NCBI GenBank assembly: GCA_016184305.1
Contig: JACPCX010000112.1
Coordinates: 1 to 40,869, forward strand
DNA length: 40,869 bases
Reading direction: 5' to 3'
Source of the DNA: Candidatus Rokuibacteriota bacterium
GTDB lineage: Bacteria; Methylomirabilota; Methylomirabilia; Rokubacteriales; CSP1-6
The notes beneath the pieces are model-generated. The model was not told where the DNA came from. It saw only the letters and a program-made list of their open reading frames with translations, and ran no database searches. How positions within the stretch are numbered: position 1 is the stretch's first letter; the number at the start of each line of letters is the position of its first letter. Shown piece after piece: positions 9,963 through 18,140 of the stretch. A program made the position numbers and the translations under genes.

Positions 9963-10022
9963 GCACCAGATGGTGGGTACGGTCAGGAAGTTATCCACCA
10001 GATGTGGGTAGTGTGGGGATAA
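9963..10022. promoter_or_regulatory. Cluster of NrdR-box-like tandem repeats and DnaA-box-like motifs
   Basis: CACCAGATG(G)TGGGTA repeated 32 bp apart (9964 and 9996). TTATCCACC at 9991-9999, inverted TTATCCCCA at 10014-10022 and CTACCCACA at 10003-10011. Confidence 0.45.
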
Positions 10023-10085
10023 GGACTTCGCGCCCCGGAGGCTTCCGCGCCGCAAGCCCAGCGCGTGTTGGCAGATCGGGGAACG

Positions 10086-10649
10086 CTAGAAGAGAACGCC
10101 CGCGATGGCGGCCAGGCCGAAGACCATGAACAGGGCAGCAGCGGCCCAGCGCAGGCGCCGCATGGGCAGCAGCGCGCCGAGCCGGCTGCCGGCCCAGACC
10201 GCGAGCCCGTCGGCGGCGAGCATGCCGGCGGTGGTGCCCGCCGTCACGGCCAGCGCTTCGTTGAAGCGCGCGCCGAGGGCCACCGTGGCCAGCTGCGTCT
10301 TGTCGCCCATCTCGGCGATAAAGAACACGACGATGGTGGTGACGAGCGGCCCCCAGCCCTCCCGCTCGCCTGGCGCGTCGGCAGCGTCGGGGAACAGCGC
10401 CCAGACGCCGAAGGCGATGAAGCCGAGGCCCACGATCCATCCCAGCGCCGCCGCGGGAATCATTCCGGCCACCCAGACCCCGGCCGAGGCGGCGAGCGTA
10501 TGGTTGGCAAGGGTGGCGACCAAGATGCCGAGCATGACCGTCCACGGGCGACGGTAGCGCGCGGCGAGCGACAGCGCGATGAGCTGCGTCTTGTCGCCCA
10601 TCTCCGCGAGCGCCACCAACACGAAGGAGCCCCAGAGGATCGAGGTCAC
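10086..10649 (-). CDS. TMEM165/GDT1 (UPF0016) Mn2+/Ca2+ transporter
   Basis: Two AEMGDKTQL motifs and a hydrophobic sequence. GTG at 10649 fits the GGGAGG RBS spacing better than the ORF-track start at 10655. Confidence 0.93.
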   Translation of the reverse strand: MTSILWGSFVLVALAEMGDKTQLIALSLAARYRRPWTVMLGILVATLANHTLAASAGVWVAGMIPAAALGWIVGLGFIAFGVWALFPDAADAPGEREGWGPLVTTIVVFFIAEMGDKTQLATVALGARFNEALAVTAGTTAGMLAADGLAVWAGSRLGALLPMRRLRWAAAALFMVFGLAAIAGVLF

Positions 10650-10661
10650 CGGCACCTCCCG

Positions 10662-10716
10662 AAAAAAAAGACCTTCGACGGGAACCGCCTGTACGCGGTC
10701 GCTCCCGCCAAAGGTC
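10662..10716 (-). terminator. Intrinsic terminator forming the riboswitch expression platform
   Basis: Minus strand reads GACCTTTGGCGGGA...TCCCGTCGAAGGTC followed by T8. Its 5' arm is the 3' strand of the aptamer. Confidence 0.8.
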
Positions 10717-10815
10717 TCGCACGCTCCGCGTGAGCCCCGGGGCCAAGGCGTTGCCGCCTGGCATGTTGACCCCGGGTCCCGGCCCGAGCGGGCCGGGTCT
10801 GCTACTCCCCTCTGA
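10706..10815 (-). ncRNA. yybP-ykoY manganese riboswitch
   Basis: AGAGGGGAGTAGC...GGTCAACATGCC...TTGGC...GCGAGACCTTTG, directly upstream of a UPF0016 gene (a known association). Confidence 0.9.
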
Positions 10816-10822
10816 CCGGCTT

Positions 10823-10831
10823 ACCCTAGCA
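10823..10831 (-). promoter_or_regulatory. Possible extended -10 promoter for the riboswitch leader
   Basis: TGcTAGGGT a few bases upstream of the aptamer start. Confidence 0.45.
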
Positions 10832-10837
10832 CGCCCA

Positions 10838-11542
10838 TCAGCGCCCGAGATAGGCCTTCTGGGTGGCCTCGCTGGCGAGCAGCTCGCGCCCCGAGCCCTC
10901 GAGCACGATGCGCCCGTTCTCGAGCACGTAGCCGCGCTGGCTCGCCGCCAGCGCCTGGCGGACGTTCTGCTCCACCAGGAGCACCGTCACGCCCAGGGCA
11001 TGGATGTCCTGGATCACGCGGAACACCTCCTGGACGATCCTGGGCGCCAGCCCCAGCGACGGCTCATCGAGCATGAGGAGCGCGGGGCGGGCCATGAGGG
11101 CGCGGCCGATGGCGCACATCTGCTGCTCGCCGCCCGAGAGCGTGCCCGCCAGCTGCGAGGCGCGCTCGCTCAGGATGGGAAAGCGCGCCATCACCTCGTC
11201 GAGCGTCTGCAACCGCTCGGGCTTGGCTCGCCGGCTGTAGGCGCCGAGCTCCAGGTTCTCCCTCACGGTGAGGGACGGGAACAGCTTGCGCCCCTCGGGG
11301 ACGTGGACGACGCCGTGCTCGACGATGCGGTCGGGCGGCAGGCGGTCGATCCGCCGGCCGTCGAAGCGGATCCGGCCCCCGCGGGGATGCAGGAGCCCCG
11401 AGATCGTCCTGAGCGTGGTGGTCTTGCCGGCCCCGTTGCCGCCGACCAGGGTGACGATCTCGCCGGGTCGCACGGTCAGGGAGACGCCGTGGACGGCCTG
11501 GAGGTCTCCGTAGAAGATGCTGATCTCCTCGAGCTCGAGCAT
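10838..11542 (-). CDS. livF: Branched-chain amino acid-type ABC ATPase (LivF-like)
   Basis: GGNGAGKTT, HVPEGRKLF, LSGGEQQM, LDEPSLGLAP, LLVEQN. Confidence 0.93.
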   Translation of the reverse strand: MLELEEISIFYGDLQAVHGVSLTVRPGEIVTLVGGNGAGKTTTLRTISGLLHPRGGRIRFDGRRIDRLPPDRIVEHGVVHVPEGRKLFPSLTVRENLELGAYSRRAKPERLQTLDEVMARFPILSERASQLAGTLSGGEQQMCAIGRALMARPALLMLDEPSLGLAPRIVQEVFRVIQDIHALGVTVLLVEQNVRQALAASQRGYVLENGRIVLEGSGRELLASEATQKAYLGR

Positions 11543-12162
11543 CAGGTGCCCCGTGGGGAGAGGGGAGCGAGCGCGCGGAGGTAGGCGGCCGAGTCCATCA
11601 CGGTGAGGTAGATCCCCATGCCGCGGAGCGAGGCCAGGTGCAGCTCCTCGTCGAAGGCCGCCACGCAGTCCTCGAGGATGACCACGGAGAAATCGCGGAT
11701 CATGGCGTCCCGCGCCGTGGCCTCCACGCCGCCATGGGTGACGATGCCCGTGAGGACGACGGTGTCGATGCCCAGCGACCGCAGCAGGACTTCGAGCGGC
11801 GTGCCGTGGAAGGCGGAGAAACGGGGTTTGTCCAGCTCGTAGTCCGGCCGCGGCAGCTCCGGGATGAGCTCGCGCCCCGGGTCTCGCAGGCGGAAGCCCT
11901 CCTGCAGGAGGAAGGGGCGCGCCTTGACGATGTGGTCGAGCCCGAGCGGCGCGCCCCCGGGCGAGGTGTAGATCGTGAACTTGGAGGCGAAGATCGGCAC
12001 ATGCGCGGCGCGGCTCTGGTGGGCCACCCGCTCCACGACGGGGATGATCCCCCGCAGCCGCTCCACGGGCAGGCCGTGGCGCGCGTAGACGCCGCCCGGA
12101 TCCAGGAAGTCGCGCTGGAGATCGAGCAGGAGCAGCGCCGTCGAGCCGCGCGTGATGGTCAT
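11542..12162 (-). CDS. Isochorismatase/cysteine-hydrolase family protein (no catalytic Cys)
   Basis: ATG at 12162. ALLLLDLQRDF, DKPRFSAFHGT, LTGIVTHGGVEATARDA, EDCVAA; translationally coupled on both sides. Confidence 0.9.
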   Translation of the reverse strand: MTITRGSTALLLLDLQRDFLDPGGVYARHGLPVERLRGIIPVVERVAHQSRAAHVPIFASKFTIYTSPGGAPLGLDHIVKARPFLLQEGFRLRDPGRELIPELPRPDYELDKPRFSAFHGTPLEVLLRSLGIDTVVLTGIVTHGGVEATARDAMIRDFSVVILEDCVAAFDEELHLASLRGMGIYLTVMDSAAYLRALAPLSPRGT

Positions 12163-13661
12163 CAGGCGCCTCCCACCGGTGCTGGCGACGGGCGCTTGAC
12201 GTATTGCCCCGACGGCGGGCCCACGATCTGCCCCTTGTCGTACACCAGGTGGCCGCGCAGGAAGGTGCTGCGGACCTGTCCCGTGAGCTGCTGGCCCTCG
12301 AACGGCGTGTACCCCTGCGCCGACTGCGATTCGGCGGCCCTCACCGTGAAGGTCCGCGCCGGGTCCAGCAGGGCGAGGTCGGCATCGTAGCCGGGAGCGA
12401 TGTCGCCCTTGCCGCCGAGGCCGAAACGGCGAGCCGGGTTCCAGCAGAGGAGCTCCGCCATGTGGGGATAGGACATGCCGCGCCGGTGACCCTCGCTGAA
12501 GACGCCGGAGAGCAGGTACTCGGTCCCCCCGAACCCCGCCTTCGCCAGCCAGATGTCGTCGGGCCGCTCGGCGGCGACCTTCGCCTCCGTCGCGCAGCAG
12601 GCGTGGTCGCTCACGATCCAGTCCACCTTGCGTCCCAGCAGCATCTGCCACAGGAACTCCACGTCCTCGCGGGGCCGGATCGGCGGGTTGACCTTGGCGT
12701 AGGTGCCGGTGGGGGCATCCGTGTCGAGCAGGAGATGCCCCACCGTGACCTCGCGACGGAAGTCGATGTGCGGGAAGGCCTGCTGCATCAGCAGCGCGGC
12801 TTCCAGCGCCTTGCGCGAGGAGAGATGCAGGAGATTGATGTTCCGGCACCCCGTCTCGTGCGCCAGGTAGGAGGCGATCCACACCGCCAGCCCCTCGGCG
12901 TGGGGCGGCCGGGCCGCGCTATAGGCCTTGAGGCCGGTGAGCGAGGGGTCCCGCTGCACGAGGCGCGTGTAGGCATTGAGGATGTCGGCGACCTCGCAGT
13001 GCAGGCTCACACTCACGTGCTCGGCCAGGTGCGGGTGCGCCCGCTGGACGCGCGCCGCCGCCCGCATGATGAACTCGAAATGCGCCAGGTCGTAGCTGTC
13101 CTCCGCGCCGATCATGAGGAACCGCCGCTGGGCGTCCCGGTCCGCGGGCCCGTGCAGCCCGTGGCCGCCGTAGAACATGAAGATCTTGAAGGACGGCACG
13201 CCGTGCTCGCTGGCGAGCGCCTCCATCTCGCCGATGTGCTGGCTTTCGATGGGCGCCAGGTGGTAGCCGTAATCCACCCAGTAGCGGTCGCGGGAGAGCC
13301 GGAGCACCTCGGGGAAGAGCGCCGCGTAGGGACCGCCGCGGTTGAGGTAGTACTGGCCCGAGCGAAAGTAGGTGAGCATGGTCGTCACGCCGCCCATGGC
13401 GGCCGCTCGGCTCTCGGTGGCCGCATCGTCGGCGAGCGGCGCGTAGATCCCCGCGTGCGTGTGCGCGTCCACGACGCCGGGGAAGCCGAGGAGGTGGTCG
13501 GCGTCGAAGACCAGCTGCGCCTCGGCCGCCGGGATCTCCGGCGCGATGCGGGCGAAGCGGCCATCGCGGATGCCGAGGTCCAGCAGCTCCACCGCCGGCC
13601 GGTGGGGGCGCACGACGCGCACGCGCTTGATCAGCAGGTCGAGGGGGGGATGATCGGCCAT
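12162..13661 (-). CDS. Cyclic amidohydrolase (allantoinase/dihydroorotase/hydantoinase family)
   Basis: PGVVDAHTH, SFKIFMFY, LHCE, LHLSS, KVNPPIR, SDHA, KGDIAPGYDADL, YTPFEG. Confidence 0.9.
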   Translation of the reverse strand: MADHPPLDLLIKRVRVVRPHRPAVELLDLGIRDGRFARIAPEIPAAEAQLVFDADHLLGFPGVVDAHTHAGIYAPLADDAATESRAAAMGGVTTMLTYFRSGQYYLNRGGPYAALFPEVLRLSRDRYWVDYGYHLAPIESQHIGEMEALASEHGVPSFKIFMFYGGHGLHGPADRDAQRRFLMIGAEDSYDLAHFEFIMRAAARVQRAHPHLAEHVSVSLHCEVADILNAYTRLVQRDPSLTGLKAYSAARPPHAEGLAVWIASYLAHETGCRNINLLHLSSRKALEAALLMQQAFPHIDFRREVTVGHLLLDTDAPTGTYAKVNPPIRPREDVEFLWQMLLGRKVDWIVSDHACCATEAKVAAERPDDIWLAKAGFGGTEYLLSGVFSEGHRRGMSYPHMAELLCWNPARRFGLGGKGDIAPGYDADLALLDPARTFTVRAAESQSAQGYTPFEGQQLTGQVRSTFLRGHLVYDKGQIVGPPSGQYVKRPSPAPVGGA

Positions 13662-13662
13662 G

Positions 13663-14394
13663 TCACTGTCTCCTGCCGGCGAGGGGCTCGCCGAGATAGG
13701 CGTCGATCACGCGGCGGTCCTGCACGATCTCGGCCGGAGTCGCGGCGGCGATGAGCTCGCCGTGGTGCAGCACGGCGATCCGATCGGAGAGCCCCATCAC
13801 GGCGGCCATCACGTGCTCGATCACGATGATGGACACGCCCGCCTCGCGGATGCCCCGGATCACCTCCACGGTCTCGTCCACCTCGGTGGGGGTGAGGCCC
13901 GACATCACCTCGTCCAGGAGCAGCACGCGGGGCTCCGTGGCCAGCGCCCGCGCCAGCTCCAGCCGCTTCCGGAGCCCGATGGAGAGCGCATGCGCGGGTC
14001 GGCCGGCCAGGGGGGCGAGACGGGTCAGCGCCAGGACCTCCAGGGCCCGGCGCCGCGCGACCGCGGCCGAGCGGGTCCGGTTGAAGGCGCCGACCATGAC
14101 GTTCTCGACGACGGAGAGCTCGGGGAAGGGCTGGACGAGCTGGAAGGTGCGCGCCAGCCCGCGCCGGCAGATCGCGTGTGGGGGCAGCCCCGTGATCTCC
14201 TGCCCGTCGAGCCTCACGCTCCCGCCGTCCGGGCGGACGAAGCCGGTCACGGCGGCGAACAACGTGGTCTTGCCGGCTCCGTTGGGGCCGATGAGGCCCA
14301 GGATCTCCCCCTGGGCGAGGGACAGGCTCACCTCCGACAGCGCCTGGAGCCCGCCGAAGCGCTTGGACAGGGAGCGGACCTCGATGAGCGTCAT
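13663..14394 (-). CDS. livG: ABC ATPase (LivG-like)
   Basis: ATG at 14394. KRFGGLQAL, GPNGAGKTT, ARTFQ, LLLDE, IEHVM, AYLG. Confidence 0.92.
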   Translation of the reverse strand: MTLIEVRSLSKRFGGLQALSEVSLSLAQGEILGLIGPNGAGKTTLFAAVTGFVRPDGGSVRLDGQEITGLPPHAICRRGLARTFQLVQPFPELSVVENVMVGAFNRTRSAAVARRRALEVLALTRLAPLAGRPAHALSIGLRKRLELARALATEPRVLLLDEVMSGLTPTEVDETVEVIRGIREAGVSIIVIEHVMAAVMGLSDRIAVLHHGELIAAATPAEIVQDRRVIDAYLGEPLAGRRQ

Positions 14395-14396
14395 GG

Positions 14397-15356
14397 TCAG
14401 GCGCGCTCCGCCGCGCCGACCCCGAGGCTCCGGAGCGCTCCCATCACCCCGCGCGGGAGGAAGACGACGGCCCCCATGAGGATCACGCCGTAGAGCATGA
14501 GGTGCAGCCCCGCGTAGCTCTTGACGAGCCCCCGCGTGCCTTCTCCCAGGAGCCCGAGCAGGAGAGCGCCGAGCAACGGTCCCCAGAGGGTGCCCGCGCC
14601 GCCGATGATCGGCCGCAGCAGGATCTCGATGGAGTTGGCCGGGCCGAAGCCGATGGCGGGGTCGATATAGGAGAAGTACTGCGCGTAGAACGCTCCGCCG
14701 AGGGCGGTGACCGCGGCCGACAGCGCCATGGCGGCGAGCTTGACGCGATAGGGATTGATGCCGAGGGCATCCGCCGCCGCCTCGTTCTCGCGGATGGCGA
14801 TCATCTGGTAGCCCAGGCGCGAGCGCTCGAGCCGCGCCACGGCCCAGGTGAGGGCGAGCAGCATCGCGAGGATCACGTAGTAGAAGTAGCGCTTGTCGCC
14901 GAACTGGAACAGCCGGGGCGCATGCCCCTGCAGCGGCACCAGGATCCCGAAGGAGCCGCCCACGAAGTCCCAGTTGGTGGCGGCCACGCGGAAGATCTCG
15001 GCAAAGGCGAGCATGACGAGGGCGAAGTAGGCGCCGCGGAGCCCGTAGCGAAAGGACAGGTGCCCCGTGACGAGCCCGACCCCGACGGCGACGGCTGCGC
15101 CCAGCCACATGCCGACCCACGGCGTGAGCCCCAGCTTGAGGAAGCAGAGGCTCGAGGTGTAGGCCCCGATCCCGAAGAAGAGGGCATGCCCGAAGGAGAA
15201 CTGCCCGGCGTAGCCGCCGAGGATATTCCAGCCCTGGCCGACGAAGGCGAAGAAATACATCAGGGTGAGCGTGCCGATGACGTACTCGGAGCGGATGACG
15301 AGCGGGGCGGCCGCGGCGGCCGCGAGGAGCACGAGCGCTGCGGCCGTCCTAGGCAT
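14397..15356 (-). CDS. livM: ABC permease (LivM-like)
   Basis: ATG at 15356. WNILGGYAGQFSFGHALFFGIGAY, AIRENEAAA, GGAGTLWGP. Confidence 0.92.
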   Translation of the reverse strand: MPRTAAALVLLAAAAAAPLVIRSEYVIGTLTLMYFFAFVGQGWNILGGYAGQFSFGHALFFGIGAYTSSLCFLKLGLTPWVGMWLGAAVAVGVGLVTGHLSFRYGLRGAYFALVMLAFAEIFRVAATNWDFVGGSFGILVPLQGHAPRLFQFGDKRYFYYVILAMLLALTWAVARLERSRLGYQMIAIRENEAAADALGINPYRVKLAAMALSAAVTALGGAFYAQYFSYIDPAIGFGPANSIEILLRPIIGGAGTLWGPLLGALLLGLLGEGTRGLVKSYAGLHLMLYGVILMGAVVFLPRGVMGALRSLGVGAAERA

Positions 15357-16221
15357 GGCGCGCGCCCAGGAGGCCGGCCGGCCGGACGAGCAGCACGGCG
15401 ACGAAGAGGGCGAAGATCCCGATCTGGGCGAGCGAGCCGTGGAAGATGAGCCCGCCGAGCGATTCGACCACGCCGACGAGGAGCCCGCCCACCAGGGCGC
15501 CGGGGAAGGAACCGAGCCCTCCCAGCACCACGACCACGAAGGCGGTGATGACGAAGGTGTTCCCCACCTCCGGCGACACGTAGAAGAAGGGCACGGCCAT
15601 GCCGCCCGCGGCGGCCACGCAGGCCGTGCCGATGCCGAAGGCCATGGCGTGGACGCGCCCCACCGGGATGCCGCAGAGCGCGGCGCCGTCACGCTCCTCG
15701 GATGATGCCCGGAGCGCCCGGCCCAGGTCCGTCCTCTTGAGGAAGAGCCAGAGAAGCCCCGAGATCAGGAGCGCGCCGCCGAAGGCGAGGAGGCGCGGGA
15801 GATTGAGGCGGACGGGCCCGAGCGGCACCGTCGTCTGCGAGTAGGCGACGAGGAGCGTGCGGGGATCCGCCGTGAAGACGACCAGCGCCAGGTTGTCGAG
15901 GAAGAGCGCCAGGCCGAGCGTCATCAGGAGCTGGTTGTGCTCGGGGGCCCGCAGGACGGGGGCGATCACGGCGCGCTGGATGGCGTAGCCGAAGGCGAAC
16001 GCGGCGGGCAGGGTGAGCAGGAGCGAGAGGTAGGGGTCGAGGCCCGCGGTTGTGGCGAGCCAGAAGGTCGCGTACATGGCGAGCATCATGAGCGAGCCGT
16101 GGGCGAAGTTGATCACCTTCATGACGCCGAAGATGAGCGTGAGGCCGAGCGCCACGAGGGCGTAGAGGCCGCCGAGCATGATGCCGTTGGCGAGGCTCGA
16201 CAGCACGACCTCAGCCGTCAT
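15349..16221 (-). CDS. livH: ABC permease (LivH-like)
   Basis: YALVALGLTLIFGVMKVINFAHG and VVVLGGLGS motifs. Confidence 0.93.
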   Translation of the reverse strand: MTAEVVLSSLANGIMLGGLYALVALGLTLIFGVMKVINFAHGSLMMLAMYATFWLATTAGLDPYLSLLLTLPAAFAFGYAIQRAVIAPVLRAPEHNQLLMTLGLALFLDNLALVVFTADPRTLLVAYSQTTVPLGPVRLNLPRLLAFGGALLISGLLWLFLKRTDLGRALRASSEERDGAALCGIPVGRVHAMAFGIGTACVAAAGGMAVPFFYVSPEVGNTFVITAFVVVVLGGLGSFPGALVGGLLVGVVESLGGLIFHGSLAQIGIFALFVAVLLVRPAGLLGARHA

Positions 16222-16225
16222 CGCG

Positions 16226-16251
16226 ATCCCCGGGGCGGCGGGGCCGGGGAT
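16226..16251. repeat. Intergenic hairpin after the substrate-binding protein gene
   Basis: ATCCCCGG...CCGGGGAT inverted repeat between the livK-like and livH genes. Confidence 0.5.
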
Positions 16252-16302
16252 GCCCCCCGGCGCCTGCGGGACTCACGTGACGCAGGGGCCAGAGGCCCTC
16301 CG

Positions 16303-17532
16303 TCACATCCGCTTGTCCCAGGCGGGGACGGGGATCGTCGGCTTGGCCTCGGCGAACTCGGGCGGGTAGACCACCGCGATGCGCCCGTTCTGCACCTGCA
16401 TCAGGAGCGTGCGCGCCCCGGGGTTCTGTCCCTTCTCGTCGAACGTGATCGGGTACGGGACGATCTGGTCGGTGAGGCGCGTCCTGGTCAGGGCCTCCCG
16501 GACCTTGTCGCGGTCGGCCGCGCCGGCCCGCTCGAGCGCATCCTTGAGCACCCACGCCGACTGGTAGGCCAGCATCCACTCGTAGGCGAAGGGCTGGTGG
16601 TAGGCCTGCTCGAAGGCCGCGATGATCCCCTTGATGCGCGGGTGCTTCGGGTTGTACCAGTGGTTGCCGTCGAGCATGTAGTCGGCGAGCTTGCCCACGT
16701 CCTTGATGAAGCGGTACTGGCTGCCCGCCCCGCCGTACACCGAGAGGATGGCGCCCACGTCCACCCGTTGCTCGGCCATGGTGCGGATGATGAGCGAGTG
16801 GGCCGGGTAGTAGGTGGACGGGATCACGATGTCCGCCTTGGCCGCCTTGATCTTCAGCACCTCGTTGTTGAGCGAGGGGGCCGCGGCGCTGTGGGGGATG
16901 CGCTCCACCACCTGCATGCCGATGCCCGGCAGGAGCTTCTCCAGCGTGTCCGCGGTGGACTTGCCGAAGAGGCCGTCCTCGTGGATCAGCACCACGCGCT
17001 TGAGCCCGAGGCGCATCTCGCGGGTGAGCCCGCCCAGGTACTCGACGGTGGTCCTGGCGCCCATGCCGGCGTTCGGGCCGACGCGGAAGGTGTACTTGAA
17101 GCCGCGCTCGGTGATGCCGTCGGCGACGGCCACGTCCAGGACATGAGGGATCCGGTACTTCTCCGCCTCCTGCGTCGTCACGAAGGCCAGGCCCGAGGCG
17201 TAGGGGCCCAGGACGGCCACCGCGCCTGCGTCCTTGAAGCGCTCCATGGTGGAGATGGCCACGGGGGGCTTGGACTCGTTGTCGAGCACCATGAGCTTGA
17301 TCCTGGCACCGCCCATGGACTTGATGCCGCCCGCGGCGTTGATCTCGTTGACGGCCAGCTCGATACCCTGCTTGCCGAGATTGCCCTCGCGCGCGAGCCC
17401 GCCCGTGAGCGGGTGGGTCTCTCCCACGAGGACCTCCGGGGCCTGCGCTCGCAGCACGTGGGGGAAGCCCAGCGCGCCGGTTGCCACTCCGGCCCCGGCG
17501 GCCGTCTTGAGGAATTCCCTCCGAGTTGTCAT
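16303..17532 (-). CDS. Liv-type ABC substrate-binding protein with Tat signal
   Basis: TTRREFLK twin-arginine motif; PLTGGLA, AVNEINAAGGIKSMGGA, ITFDEKGQN. Confidence 0.93.
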   Translation of the reverse strand: MTTRREFLKTAAGAGVATGALGFPHVLRAQAPEVLVGETHPLTGGLAREGNLGKQGIELAVNEINAAGGIKSMGGARIKLMVLDNESKPPVAISTMERFKDAGAVAVLGPYASGLAFVTTQEAEKYRIPHVLDVAVADGITERGFKYTFRVGPNAGMGARTTVEYLGGLTREMRLGLKRVVLIHEDGLFGKSTADTLEKLLPGIGMQVVERIPHSAAAPSLNNEVLKIKAAKADIVIPSTYYPAHSLIIRTMAEQRVDVGAILSVYGGAGSQYRFIKDVGKLADYMLDGNHWYNPKHPRIKGIIAAFEQAYHQPFAYEWMLAYQSAWVLKDALERAGAADRDKVREALTRTRLTDQIVPYPITFDEKGQNPGARTLLMQVQNGRIAVVYPPEFAEAKPTIPVPAWDKRM

Positions 17533-17614
17533 GGCTGTTGTCTCCTTGCGGGGTGGCGTTGACGGGGGATCGAGCCGCGCCTGCCCGCTAGTTACGACGC
17601 TTCAGGGGCCCCTG

Positions 17615-17989
17615 TCAATAGCCCCAGGAGCGCCGTCCCGCCCTCGGCCCCGGCCGGCGCTTCAGCCGCGCCGTGCCGAGGGCGTCGAGCTCCCCGTCCG
17701 TCGGTACCCAGAAGGAGTTCGCGTCAGCCTCGAGCGGCTCGATCCGTGCCCGTGCATCTCCCGTGGAGACGCGCCAGACAATATCGAATCGCTTCAGCGC
17801 CAGCCGCATCGCTGCGCTCGCGTCGAGCGTCCCGTCGTCTCGCACCCAGTGCCGGGCCGGGAGGATGCGGAGGACGTCCACCACGCGGTGGTGATCCATC
17901 TCGACCGCGGCCTCGAGGAGCCTCAGCTCGCGCCCCACCCGGTTCGCGGGCAGCGCGTCGCCCTCGGAAGCCCCCGACGTGCCCTGCAA
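17615..17989 (-). CDS. Hypothetical protein (start uncertain, possibly a remnant)
   Basis: The central part (RELRLLEAAVEMDHHRVVDVLRILP...FWVPTDGELDAL) has protein-like composition, but no family was recognised. Confidence 0.35.
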   Translation of the reverse strand: MQGTSGASEGDALPANRVGRELRLLEAAVEMDHHRVVDVLRILPARHWVRDDGTLDASAAMRLALKRFDIVWRVSTGDARARIEPLEADANSFWVPTDGELDALGTARLKRRPGPRAGRRSWGY

Positions 17990-18140
17990 GGTCGCGCAAA
18001 CGCGAGTGCCGACGGAGATCGGCCGGGCTCGTTCGTCGTGCTATACAGAACTACGTAGCCGGATATCGCAGTTCAAGAGAGATAGCGTTGGGCGGACCAG
18101 TGGGGTGTGCCACGATGATGAGGGCTCGGGAGGGACGGCT

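Noticed and set aside
9874..10022. Replication origin (oriC)
   Set aside because: Only a few imperfect boxes, no clear AT-rich unwinding element, and no dnaA/dnaN/gidA context
17589..17618. Promoter for the first Liv operon (TTGACA on the minus strand at 17613-17618)
   Set aside because: The -10 element is poor (TAACTA at 18 bp spacing), so it is not supported enough to list as a feature
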